Source of the DNA: Chara braunii
Lineage: Eukaryota; Plantae; Charophyceae
DNA: 64,000 nucleotides
NCBI GenBank assembly: GCA_003427395.1
Contig: BFEA01000030.1
Coordinates: 3,288,171 to 3,352,170, forward strand
Direction of reading: 5' to 3'
Within the stretch, counting starts at the first letter, position 1. The number at the start of each line of letters is the position of its first letter. The notes under the pieces were generated by a model. The model ran no database searches. It was not told the origin of the DNA and was given only the letters and a program-made list of their open reading frames with translations. This document shows, piece by piece, positions 38,387 to 49,510 of the stretch. Position numbers and translations under genes: made by a program.

Positions 38387-41300
38387 CAACCGAACCCAAG
38401 CTAGCCAAATAGCCAAAAATATATATTAATACATCATAATGATACAGTCAAGATTAACATATAAAATCCCCGAGCCCCGCCCAAGGATCAAGCCTCATTG
38501 CTTCTCCCTCCGATTCCAGCACTTGCCCCAATGTCTCTACCCCTCTTTGAAGAGCAATTCAAACACATAAACTTAACAAACAACCATAAGTTAATAATTA
38601 GACTTGAGACGCTCATACAAATCCTTGTAGACTGGATAAGTTCAAATACATACTTCAAATACATAGCCCTTGTAAATATTCATGACAAGGATAACCGTTC
38701 AAATAATATAACATCAAACACATAGCCTCACATAATCAGACACTAGACACGCTTACTTATATTAAATCTAGCATATATGGATGAGTTCAACATATAACTC
38801 AAACGAAATGCCCTCATAAGAGAATAGTCTCAAGTTTTTAGTTTCAATTTCTATTGATATAAGTGAATGGTCTAAACATGGAAAGGTTCAAGCGAAGGTC
38901 TAATACCTTCTATATCTGGTTGCCCTTATCAACGAAAATAGAATTGTCTAATTGTTAGCCCCTTCACTGTTACCCCGACTGCCTCTAGGATCAGACTTCC
39001 CTTTCCCCGAAACGATGTCATGCAGATTTACTACTTTCTGTAGTCTTTTCTAATGAGGTCATAACATGATGTTTCCTGCACCTATCTACCGCCTTATACA
39101 CCTAGTCAAAACACGTCACGCAAGGCAAACCTCATATTTCCTTGGCTACATAAGTCAAACAATCGCCTAGAACCCAGTTTAAAGGATCCCAATCCATGCT
39201 CATAAAGCTTTTAGCCTTCTTAGCCTATCTCTTGTCGGAGTCCCTCAATGACTCCTAACATAATAGACTCCCTTACTCGTCCTTCGCCTCACTCTAATGC
39301 AAAAGTATCAAGTTGCTCTCATAATCACTCAGATAATTTTTTGACCATAATAGGTACCTTATAGGGCCAACTCCTATAACCATCATACTTATTATGTAGC
39401 TTTGTTGATACCGCCTCATGCTACCTTAGCGGCATCAAGCATGTAGACCATCATCCAAACTCGTCAACTATTAGGGTCAGAAGGGGTAACAATTCCAACT
39501 TCCATCTTATCAGTCAGAGTACGTAAGCGCACATTCAAAACGCTTATCGCTCTTGTGTCACTCTTACCGCATCAAACAAAACCAACTTGCACAGTCAACC
39601 CTCGCTCGCTCTCTATCCCTCACCATCAATCGATTAGCCATACGGTCCAAAGAAAAATTCACATTTTGTCGAGTTCTCTCATTCTCATTACCCGGATGTC
39701 GTTCCACTAGGGACAACCGCAGGCAACCGTTATCCCCGGCAACGGCGCCACCTGTCGCGCGCATTGGTCCGGCACCGCATAAGCGGGGCGGGACCCTCCA
39801 GGTCACGTCACGCAGGAGTTGTTTTGATTCTCGTCGCAATGCACATGGAGCTTCCACAAACCGCTCCGGCTGAGTGCGTCAGCCATACCTCTCGCGATCC
39901 CTACGACAGGATAGGGCCTACGCGAGGCACGACTTACCTCCATCTTACGGGAGTTGTCACCTCCGTTCGGTGGGCGTATTTCCGCCGAGCTACCAGTCCA
40001 CATTACGAAAGTTAATCAACTGCAACCGCAGAGGCGGACCAGCCGAGGGCATTTCTCGTTCGCTGTAGCATAATAGGGGGTACTCGTGGTTTTACGTCTC
40101 TATCAGACATGCACGCGAACCGACGCCTTCAGGGGCTGAGGTCCAAAGTGCGACTCGTCGTCGGTCGATTAGGACGTATCTCACACACCACGCGTACACC
40201 ACTCTAAAGACATAAAAATTAAAACACGCGCGCACACACACATATACAGAACGACACAGAACAAACAACGTGACAACACTCCTAGCCCCTTAGTAGTCAT
40301 CCCATAACTCTTCGATGCGGAAATTGGATAGGCGATGCACGCGAGACTTAGTATAAAACCGCGCGGACGCAGGGCTAACTCATATCGACTCGCGATGCAT
40401 GACTACGCAAGCAGTCGCAATCATGGCGTACTATGTAGTACCCATACTCATGCGGTCCTCGTTAATCTCGAGGGTCGCATTCGACACTCAAGTATCAGCT
40501 GACACGCGCCTTGAGGGATTGGTCTTTCAACGTTGGACAAACGCCAAGTGCGGTTGAGAACGACACCCTCTTCTGCACCTTGCGGAGCGTGGGTGGTACA
40601 CAGGTTCATACCTGTGTTGGCAATCGTCTCTTATCGCCCTGGAGACCAACTCCATCATTCAGGGTCTGTGGAGAAATCAAGGGGTTTGACTTTGACGGTT
40701 GTCACGGACTACAACGTCCAACTATAAAAACTCTAAAAAGCAAAGGATAACATAGAATCTCCCTTTTCTTTCAAAAACATAATATGTTTAACCCTTACGC
40801 GCGGTCACAGTAGGTCGTGCGCAAAACTCAAGATGTATGTACTTACATATAGAGAGAGGGTTATAATTATGTGACGATCACTTCTCACAATCACAGTGGG
40901 ACTCCTCTCAGCCATATATATGTATATGATCGCAGACAGTAAATCCAAAGTCCGAACCACCAAACATACCTGCAATCACATCGAAGATTCGACCAAAAAT
41001 TAATGCATTACACGGGGTCAACTTCAACCATTCTCTCCACTCACACCCCTCGCTTTAGCCATGCAAGCCTCACTCTTGCGCAACTCCTCAAAATAAAATA
41101 CTCAGTACTTTTCTTAAATGACCATTCAAATAAAGTTCGGGCGAAAACACAACGAAACAATTCAAACTACAGGGCTAAAGCCTTTAGGTTGATCAGTAAG
41201 AGTGGATTGGAGTTGACTCGTAAACCGACGAATCAGCAAACAACCTGCTATGAGTGATAACAGACGATGATCCTTATAGAATCAAGCTGAAACTAGTCCA

Positions 41301-41544
41301 AATATTGAATCTAACGATCAAGAAGACCTGTAACACAAGGCAGGTCAACCCTAGACTAAATCTATAAATCTATGGAGAATAATCTTCATATCATAATCTA
41401 AAAAAAAAAATCGTTTTACCTAACTAAGCTTAAGTCTACCCCTAAGCAAGTGTCCAAAGAAAGGTAGACCCCGACGGAATCTCCTCTATACAGAGTGGAT
41501 CGCCAGAATCGTCACCTGTCAAAATATAATTTATCTTCTCTTTA

Positions 41545-42085
41545 AACTAATAAAATTTCGGCAACGCTTCTCGTAGGAAAAATATTTTCACATAATTCAT
41601 ACTTAGCCTAAATATGAAAATTGGAATAATTTTCAACTTCCCAAAGCGAATTAGCAAAAATTCTGGGCAGCACCCCTTTTAGAAAAAGAGACTTTCCATA
41701 TTTTTACTAAGTCAGATGAGAACTCAAAGCAAACTTGAGTTCAACCAAGACAAGATTTAACTAACTTCTTAGATTTGTAAAAATTTTGGCATCGCTTTCC
41801 GTAGGGAAAGTAACTTTCCAAAATTTATGCAAAGCTAAGTCTAGAATCTAGAAATAACTTTGACCTTCCAAAGTCCAAATTTGCCCGACTCCCTGAATTA
41901 GTAAAAATTTTGGCAACACTTTCTTTAGAAAATGAGGCTTTCTAAATTTTTACTAAACCATATATAATTTAGACAAGTTGAACTTTGAACAGTCAAAATT
42001 TGACTAACTCCTTCGTTTTGTAAAAATTTCGGCAGCGCTTCCCGTAGAGAAAGTGATTTACCAAGATTTATACAAGACCAAGTAT
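41545..42085. repeat. Diverged tandem repeat, 5 units of ~105-125 bp alternating A-B-A-B-A
   Basis: AAAATTTYGGCA.CGCTT..CGTAG units (~41552, 41781, 42023) alternate with AAAATT.TGGCA.CAC...TTTAGAAAA.GAG.CTTT units (~41657, 41905). Confidence 0.7.
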
Positions 42086-42374
42086 AATAAAGGATCTCAG
42101 AGAATGCAACAATTGACCTAAGTAAAATAAACTTAGCTTAGAAAATGCAGGAATCGAAACTAAATTCGATAGCTCTAGCACGTGGCGAGTAACTATAGCA
42201 ACTACCTATCAAATTGAAACTCAGACTAGGTAGTGATCTCACTCAGCCACATGGAAGGCCAAACCACAAAGGTAAGTACTCTCACCTACCCCAAGTCAAA
42301 TTCTCATAAATAATTCATGAAACTTTCAGATGATTTATCCATTGTACCCAACTTACATATGACACGGTGCTAGA

Positions 42375-42990
42375 CCATTCAGCTTATAAACAATGTCTAG
42401 CATGCCTTTAGGATATACATGAACAGTTGCACAACTACTTTTCTCTTCTTTGGGCATATGAGTAGACCATTCAACTCAGAAACAATGTCTAGTCGCCCTG
42501 AACTGTTTAATATCCAAAATTTAATAGTTTTGTGACTTTGTTCTAAAAAAGAAATGAAACTATAGGGAGGAGACTGAGTCATTCAACTTAGAAACAATGT
42601 TTAACTTGCCCAGATTTCTTCCAATTATTCTTAATAATTTCTTTTCTCTTCTTAATGATATGGCTTAGCGTTGGACCATTCAACTTAGAAACAATGTCCA
42701 ACTGTCAGTTCTCATGCAAGTATAAATAAAGTATTTTCAGTTATACTCAGTTTATACTATGTGCGTGACTTCAGGCTAAACCATTCAACTTAGAAACAAT
42801 ACTTAGCCTTCGACCAGAAATCCTCTCTCAGAATGAAACAAGAGATTAAATCCTTCCGAGTCAGCCAGGCAAACCCTCAGAAATAAACAGAGCAACCAAA
42901 CCATTCAACTTAGAAACAATGTCTGGTCCTTCAGAAAACAGTCAAATAAAACATAGCCCTGAGTCATTCTGCTTAGAAACAATGTCCAGT
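42375..42990. repeat. Array of 7 conserved ~23-bp repeats (CCATTCAACTTAGAAACAATGTC) with mostly dissimilar spacers
   Basis: Repeat starts at 42375, 42467, 42579, 42676, 42781, 42901 and 42964. Confidence 0.9.
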
Positions 42991-43485
42991 CCTTTGTTGA
43001 CCCGGTCAAACGCATACAAACTGTCTTCCTCCCACCTTCCCCTAGTTTATCCCTCAGTCTGCTTTCAGTCAAAATAAATATTCCTTCCATTCAGTCTGAT
43101 TAGATGTTGGAAAAAAGGCAAAAGTCATAGAGGAACTCAAACATATAGCAGTCAAACTAAAAGGAGATAGTCAAACAGGGGTATAGTGGATTCATACTGA
43201 TAGAAGGAGATAGTCAAACAGGGGTATAGTGGATTCATATTGATAGAAGAAAATACATTTGTTAGATCCCTGCCTGCATAAATCCTTTTGAGTTCCGGCA
43301 GAGCTCTCGCAATCGGTGGGCGTACTCCCCATAGAGTCTTGCTGCGGTCCTACGAGTTGCAATCTCACTTGCCGCCTTCCTCTCTGAACAGTACTAGATT
43401 TAGAGTAAGAAGGGAAGGAGGCGTTTCAGACTCTCGAGATTCAAGAAAGGTGTTTTCAGACTCGCGCGAGAGGGCCTTGGTTTCT

Positions 43486-44179
43486 TGTTACGCCTGAGGG
43501 CCCCGCAATGGCGGCCAAAATGCAGAATAGCTTGATCAACTAAGATCAAGCCGCCGAACTGTTGATTTCTTGATAATCTCTTAGTTTGCAGAAAAACCCT
43601 CCTCACTCAACTTGATTATTAATCTAGATGCGGAATCCCCTAGCGTAGTCGTGTTCACTATCCTTCCAAGCCCCCGGCTTGGCTCCCCCAAGGGCCCAGT
43701 CAAGTCACGGTCAGGCACGTACCTATCCCGCAGTTGAGCCCGTGATGCTTCAACCAGCCGAACGAATAGTGCATCGGCCAACGTCCGAATCTACAGTCCC
43801 CGCGACATACCCCACTTCAAAAGTCATCAATAGGTTGGGCAACGCATCGACTAACAGTCAAGCTCGCTCCCTCATGGTCGGCCTCCTCGTGTACGCAAGT
43901 TGGCGGAATGAGCGGCACACCAACAATAAAAAGATTGCAGCCCCTTCTCTAGTACAAAGTCTGGTACATCGCACCAGCCCATCTCCGATTATTCCATGGT
44001 CTGGCACCATAGTTACTACTTCTACCTTACTCGTATTATACACAGTAAGCCCTGACTCTCCTCCTCAGCCCCCGGACATACCTGGCTAACTAGCGGGGGG
44101 TCAATCTTCAGACGAAATTCAAACGAGAGTCTGAGACACACGGGAGGCAGAAGGCTCAACGGCTTTCTGCGGCTCATCA
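43486..44179. mobile_element. Possible solo or orphan LTR
   Basis: TGTTACGCC...GGCTCATCA termini only; no TSD, PBS or PPT. Confidence 0.3.
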
Positions 44180-44269
44180 AACGTGCGGGACGAAAGCGAA
44201 TTTGTTCTACCCTGGGCAATTACACCCCTGTTCCAAATTGTTGGGAGAGGGAGAGATGGTTGACGGGTG

Positions 44270-45235
44270 CATATATTTTCAGGTCTCCTTTCCAGGCAGT
44301 TCAACCACTTTAGGTTACTACACCACTTTCAGATTGTGTGTGGATCTATACATGGGGTTGTTTGAAACCGCCTTCAGGCAGTTCAGCTACTTCAGGTTGA
44401 TACACCACTTTCAGATTGCCTACAGATCCGTTGCAAATGGTTGGATGGGGGTACCTGAAACCCATTTCAGAAACTTCAGCCACTTCAGCGGTTTCAGGTC
44501 CCCACCTGAAATTCCTGAAATGAACTGAAGTGGTTGAAGCTTCTGAAAGGGGTTTCAGGTACCCCTATCCAANNNNNNNNNNNNNNNNNNNNNNNNNNNN
44601 NNNNNNNNNNNNNNNNNNNNNNNNNNNNNNNNNNNNNNNNNNNNNNNNNNNNNNNNNNNNNNNNNNNNNNNNNNNNNNNNNNNNNNNNNNNNNNNNNNNN
44701 NNNNNNNNNNNNNNNNNNNNNNNNNNNNNNNNNNNNNNNNNNNNNNNNNNNNNNNNNNNNNNNNNNNNNNNNNNNNNNNNNNNNNNNNNNNNNNNNNNNN
44801 NNNNNNNNNNNNNNNNNNNNNNNNNNNNNNNNNNNNNNNNNNNNNNNNNNNNNNNNNNNNNNNNNNNNNNNNNNNNNNNNNNNNNNNNNNNNNNNNNNNN
44901 NNNNNNNNNNNNNNNNNNNNNNNNNNNNNNNNNNNNNNNNNNNNNNNNNNAAGTGGTTGAAGCTTCTGAAAGGGGTTTCAGGTACCCTCATCCAACCATT
45001 TGGATGGGGGTACCTGAAACCCCATTTAGAAGCTTCAGCCACTTCAGTGGTTTCATGTCCCCACCGTAAATCCTGAAATGACCTGAAGTTGAAAAAACAG
45101 GGGAAAAAAAAAAAAAAAAAAAACATAAGACTTATCCTGCAAATCACCCGAAACTTCTGAAATGACCTGAAGTGTCTTCAGGCCATTTCAGCGGTTTCAG
45201 ACCACTTCAGAATGTTCCATTCTGAAATTTCAGGT
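44270..45235. repeat. Foldback-like block of TTCAG/CTGAA-rich direct and inverted repeats spanning an N gap
   Basis: TTGGATGGGGGTACCTGAAACCC..AGAA.CTTCAGCCACTTCAG occurs in both orientations several times. Confidence 0.75.
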
Positions 45236-45592
45236 GGTCGTTAACCGCGAGTGCCCTCCCGACACGAGATGAAGAGGAGTGGATCAATCGGGAGAAACTC
45301 CACACAAAATGAGGGGGAGAGACGGGACCCCGTAATCAAACAGAGTCCTCATTTATATCCAAAACAATGACGTAGGTACTATACTTAAGCGAGAGGGGGG
45401 GGGGAGGATCCAGAAATTCATCAGCCGGCCTAAAGGTTAAGGGTATTGCAGAGTCGACCTCAGTCCATTCATCCAGTCTTCCATCTCTAATCTGCTGAAG
45501 TGATGGGGTTCCACCACGTCTATGCCGAATGGCCGAATCCCAACAAGCAGCTATCCTCCCGCCCGTCGCTCTTTTGATTCGTTCTTGCACTA

Positions 45593-45697
45593 TCGTCTTC
45601 CCCCGAACACAACCCACCCTGAAAATGACTGTATCCAAGGTACGTTTCCGGCCCAATACAATGAAAACGAGGGTGCGTATTGTTCCGGGGAAGACGG
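45593..45697. mobile_element. 105-bp-family TA-MITE (105 bp)
   Basis: CTA|TCGTCTTCCCCCGAACACAAC ... ATTGTTCCGGGGAAGACGG|TAG. Confidence 0.85.
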
Positions 45698-46585
45698 TAG
45701 TGAGGCATATTGAGAAGCACGCCCAAGCCCATCCATCCCAGGGGTACGTTCTGCTTTCCGGTCCGGAGTCGCTGCTACCAATTCCCTTTGTTCATAACCA
45801 GCAGGACAGAGTGTACGTGTGCCCTTTTTTTTTGTGCTGGTAACACGGCGACTTTTTTTTGTGCTGATAACACGACCACGGGATTCGTCTCTGTGTTATG
45901 TCTCTTGAGCATCAAATTTGCACTAACTGGAGCCCTGGAGCACCTGTCCCTTAACCTGATTGGATGGCCAGGTAGGTGGATGCTTTTTCATCTTTCCTTA
46001 GTCTAGGAGTTCTGTCCTACCACCACTATGTTTCCCCCCTATTAAAACAAATACGCGGCTTGTATACCGGCGCAGCTTTTCGGGCTCAGCCTCCGGAGCA
46101 AAATGGTTGACGGCGCCAGCCAAAAGGAGGGCCACATATCTTCGCTTTTCTTGGCACACAGTGCGTTTCCAGCCCTGGAGAAAAGAGCCTCAGAAGTACT
46201 GGTGGTTTAATTTCTCAGTGTCACGGAATGTCACATGGCTCACATGCAAGCTGAAAGCATACTCATGCAAGCACTTTCTTTGCAGGAAACAAGGATCCCT
46301 TTTTTTTCATACAGAAACGTCATGATCCTTACGCCAACTTCTATACAAGGGCCTTTTTGAAAAAATCTGGTCACTGTTGGTGTCAGGTACACAATGGAAA
46401 GGCCTACTGTGAGTATGCCCTCACCCCTCTGCTGCCCATTTTGCCTGGATGTTTTTTTTGCGAACGGGTAGGCCGGATACCTCCCACCGGATGCTGTGCA
46501 ATCATTGCCATGTTGTAGAAAAATGGGTGCTAAAAGTACTGGTGGTTTAAATCTGCAGTGATAGAAAGAGAGACATTTCAACCCG

Positions 46586-46682
46586 TTCTTTTCTTTTCTT
46601 TTCTTTTCTTTTCTTTTCTTTTCTTTTCTTTTCTTTTCTTTTCTTTTCTTTCCTTTCCTTTCCTTTTCTTTTCTTTTTTTTT
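46586..46682. repeat. (TTTTC)n microsatellite
   Basis: Read directly. Confidence 0.95.
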
Positions 46683-47272
46683 GTTTTCATGGGTGCTAAA
46701 TCTGGAATAAAAAGTGATGATCGCTGTGACCCCCCATATATTTCTGCAGTAGACTGTGACAACTCTGGCCCCTCTGAAAATTTTAGAATGTAACAAAAAG
46801 GATCATGCTCGGTGCTTTCCCCCGCCCCCCACCTGACCCTCTCCTAGTAGGAACAAAGAATGAAGGTGACTAACAACATTCAAGAAAACACACAAAAAAA
46901 AAAGGAGAGTAGGCTCGACATGACAAAAAGCAAAAGCAAGTGGACTGCGGAAACAGAAAATGCAAACCGATTAGTGTTCTGTGTGATTGCGGGAGCTGGA
47001 CCCTGTTGATTGGTCTGAGCTTGGGTGACCTGTGTGCCCCCGTTATAACCATTCATGTAAGCCTTGGGCACCGCCCGATTCACAATAAATTTCATGTTTG
47101 TTAAAAATACATACAACCTCCACCTTGAACGAAAGAACTACACCTCCTCAAGTCAAACCCCCGAGGCAGATAATCTTGACAGCAGCATGCCACATGGCTC
47201 ATATTCCTTCACTTCTCCATTTCCCAACACGTGTCCGGAATTGTCTTTTCTCCATTTTCAAGTCAAATGCTA

Positions 47273-47377
47273 CCGTCTTCACCCGAATAGAACGCCCGGT
47301 CATTATAGCCGTATTTGGAGCAATTTTCAGTCCCGATACCGCTATAAATACCTGCCTTTCTATTCGGGTGAAGATGG
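47273..47377. mobile_element. 105-bp-family TA-MITE (105 bp)
   Basis: CTA|CCGTCTTCACCCGAATAGAACG ... TTTCTATTCGGGTGAAGATGG|TAG. Confidence 0.85.
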
Positions 47378-47987
47378 TAGTCATGTGAAGTGTTGCAAGC
47401 CTCCTCTTCCTTGCTCATTTTCCTGTGTTTTCCTCCTCTCTCTTTCTCTCTGCTTCGGTCTGAGCAGCAGGCCCCAGTGGTGCTCAGGAGCATAAACATA
47501 GCTGCACTCAGAGGTGCACTCAGAGCAGTGAACTGCTTGTTCACCGGAAGCAGAGCGCTGCTCTTGCCAGTTCACGCGGTACTAAGAGCATTTTGCTCTG
47601 GGCCTGGGCCGGAAGCGAAGGCGGCAGGCCAATTTGAAAAGTTGCAGTTGCAAGCTCACAAGCCTTGGAAGGTAGCTCCCTCAACTTAGGCTCGTGCAAA
47701 CTGGTGGCTGAGCCTCTTTTGTACGAGGCGGATTCCCACTGCGGGCCAAGCTTTGCTGAAATGCGAGCATGGTATTTTTTTCCCGTTTGGGCTGGTTCCA
47801 CCAGCCATTTTGGCCCGGTTGCCCTAGCCTCAGATTTTTTTTGGAGAGGCTCAATCGTGATTCTCAAGTTGGCTGGGGCCATGTAGTGGTGGGGTTTTGC
47901 CCTCAAGCTCAGGCTCAACCTTGTGCTTTGCATGGCATCATTGAATGCTCAAGGCATACTGACACTACCGGTAGTACCTTTTTTAAG

Positions 47988-48019
<32 letters not shown>

Positions 48020-48123
48020 GCCCTTGTGCAAGGCCTCTATCCTGGTAGTGGTAAGAGAACCACCGAGATTGAGGCTTTGCCTACCGGGCTGCTCCATCTA
48101 TTGGTGGAGAGCCACACCTGCTG
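47988..48123 (-). mobile_element. Poly(A)-tailed 3' end related to the neighbouring LINE tail; may extend to ~48590
   Basis: Poly(T) followed by the reverse complement of 54038-54142. Confidence 0.75.
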
Positions 48124-48796
48124 AAAACCGGGTCCAGCACAGAATCCAGAGACAGGTGTGAAGATATCTCCCTGCCAGCATTGATTACCGTGGGCCTCAT
48201 GGGATTAACTGAGCAGGAACAGAGGTGGCCGGGAGGGGGGCCAACGCCTTGGGCCCAGGGGGCACGGGGGCGCATGACATTAGGGCCACCCTTTCCCCCC
48301 CCTAGTAATGGATAATAAGACAAACTGAGTGGGCTCTGCTGATTCTTGAGTACTCTGTTGGCACCCTTGGAAGTGCTTTGGAAGCGCTACATACCGAATC
48401 CAACTGCACCCATGGTGAAACTCCAACCTTCCCTTTGCTGGTTCCTGGCCTTGCAGTTGCCTCCTTGTTCTGCCTGGCACTGTGCTTCCCCTCGGTCAAG
48501 CACCCAGTTAGACCCCTTCTTGCAGTATTTCCACCATTGACAGCTGGTGGGAAGGGAAGGGGTCCCCGAAGTCCTGCGCCGGTCTGAGTGGACACTATTA
48601 CCTTAGTTTGCATTGTTATTACAACGGGGGAAGCTAGATGCACCATACAAGGGGATGGTGGATAGAAGAGGTGGTGACAGGACAATGGACAGCACAGTGC
48701 TACGTTTACCGTCAGGTGTTGAACTTGTGAACTGTTTATCAACAGCTACATGTGTGCACAATTCAGGATTTGAACTTTTGACGTGTTTATTAAGGG

Positions 48797-49510
48797 TCGC
48801 TCACTGTGTTAGGGGCATAGATGCATAGGATGCAAAGGAGTTCCAGCTCCAGCATCCCCAGTACTGATATCCACCACCCTTCTTCCTCATCTACCACCCA
48901 ATGGACCATCTGAAATCTAGAATCAAGAGGGATCCAAATCGCAACTCCTGTCGACCCGGGTTTGGGAGCGTGGGCCCGTATAGCCGAGTGAGGCCAAACT
49001 TTCCTGTGGGCCCGATTGTGTTCCGTATGGTCTTGTAGATGGGTTTCCTGGACGCAGATCACATCCGGCCACCGCCTCCCTCCAACGCCTCTGAGTTGAT
49101 CCCATAAGGCCTGAAACTTCTCCGGGGTACATGTCGCCAGGCCATTCACATTTATAGAGCGGAGATCGAGGTCTTCCGTCTTGACACATTGTTGCCAGGT
49201 CGGTTCCTACGGTATAGAGTTTCCAGGTCGGCCATAGACAATACTTACTCAATGGGGGTGCCACTGTTTGACATCCCATCTGTCAAGCTCCAGGACCTTC
49301 TTCCGCAGGATCCTACTCAGACACTTACACACATCCTCGTCGGACCAGCAGGGACTGGCTTTTACCTTTGCACATTGCAGATCAAGAAGTGCATTGTGGT
49401 TTAACCATCTCAGGTCAGTAGTCTTGTTAGGTTCAAATAGTAAATACAGGTCGTTCGACGCCATCTGTTGATCACAATTTTCAAACCTCATTCCTGCCCT
49501 AGCCCCAGGT
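48797..49510 (-). pseudogene. Inverted LINE segment: probable ORF1 C-terminus plus N-half of the APE endonuclease
   Basis: SINVNGL...PDVICVQETHL...GSTGVAI...EGWWISV...CIYAPN on the minus strand. Confidence 0.9.

Larger units (their letters stand above)
32720..38393 (-). mobile_element. Penelope-like retroelement with N-terminal GIY-YIG (Naiad/Chlamys-type), full-length, pseudogenised
   Basis: 11-bp TSD ACCCAAGCTAG (32709-32719 and 38394-38404); 563-bp direct repeats; two minus-strand ORFs with GIY-YIG, CxC and PLE-type RT motifs. Confidence 0.9.
28200..44200 (-). mobile_element. Large decayed Ty3/gypsy-like retroelement region, boundaries uncertain; hosts the Penelope-like element
   Basis: Consistent A/C-rich plus-strand skew, none of the MITEs or microsatellites seen in the flanks, minus-strand gag remnants, and a possible integrase zinc-finger trace near 29390-29520; no matching LTR pair found. 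Confidence 0.45.

Noticed and set aside
42375-42990. True CRISPR array
   Set aside because: Eukaryotic TE context, no cas genes, spacers too long and variable (~40-97 bp), non-palindromic repeat; kept only as a repeat-spacer array
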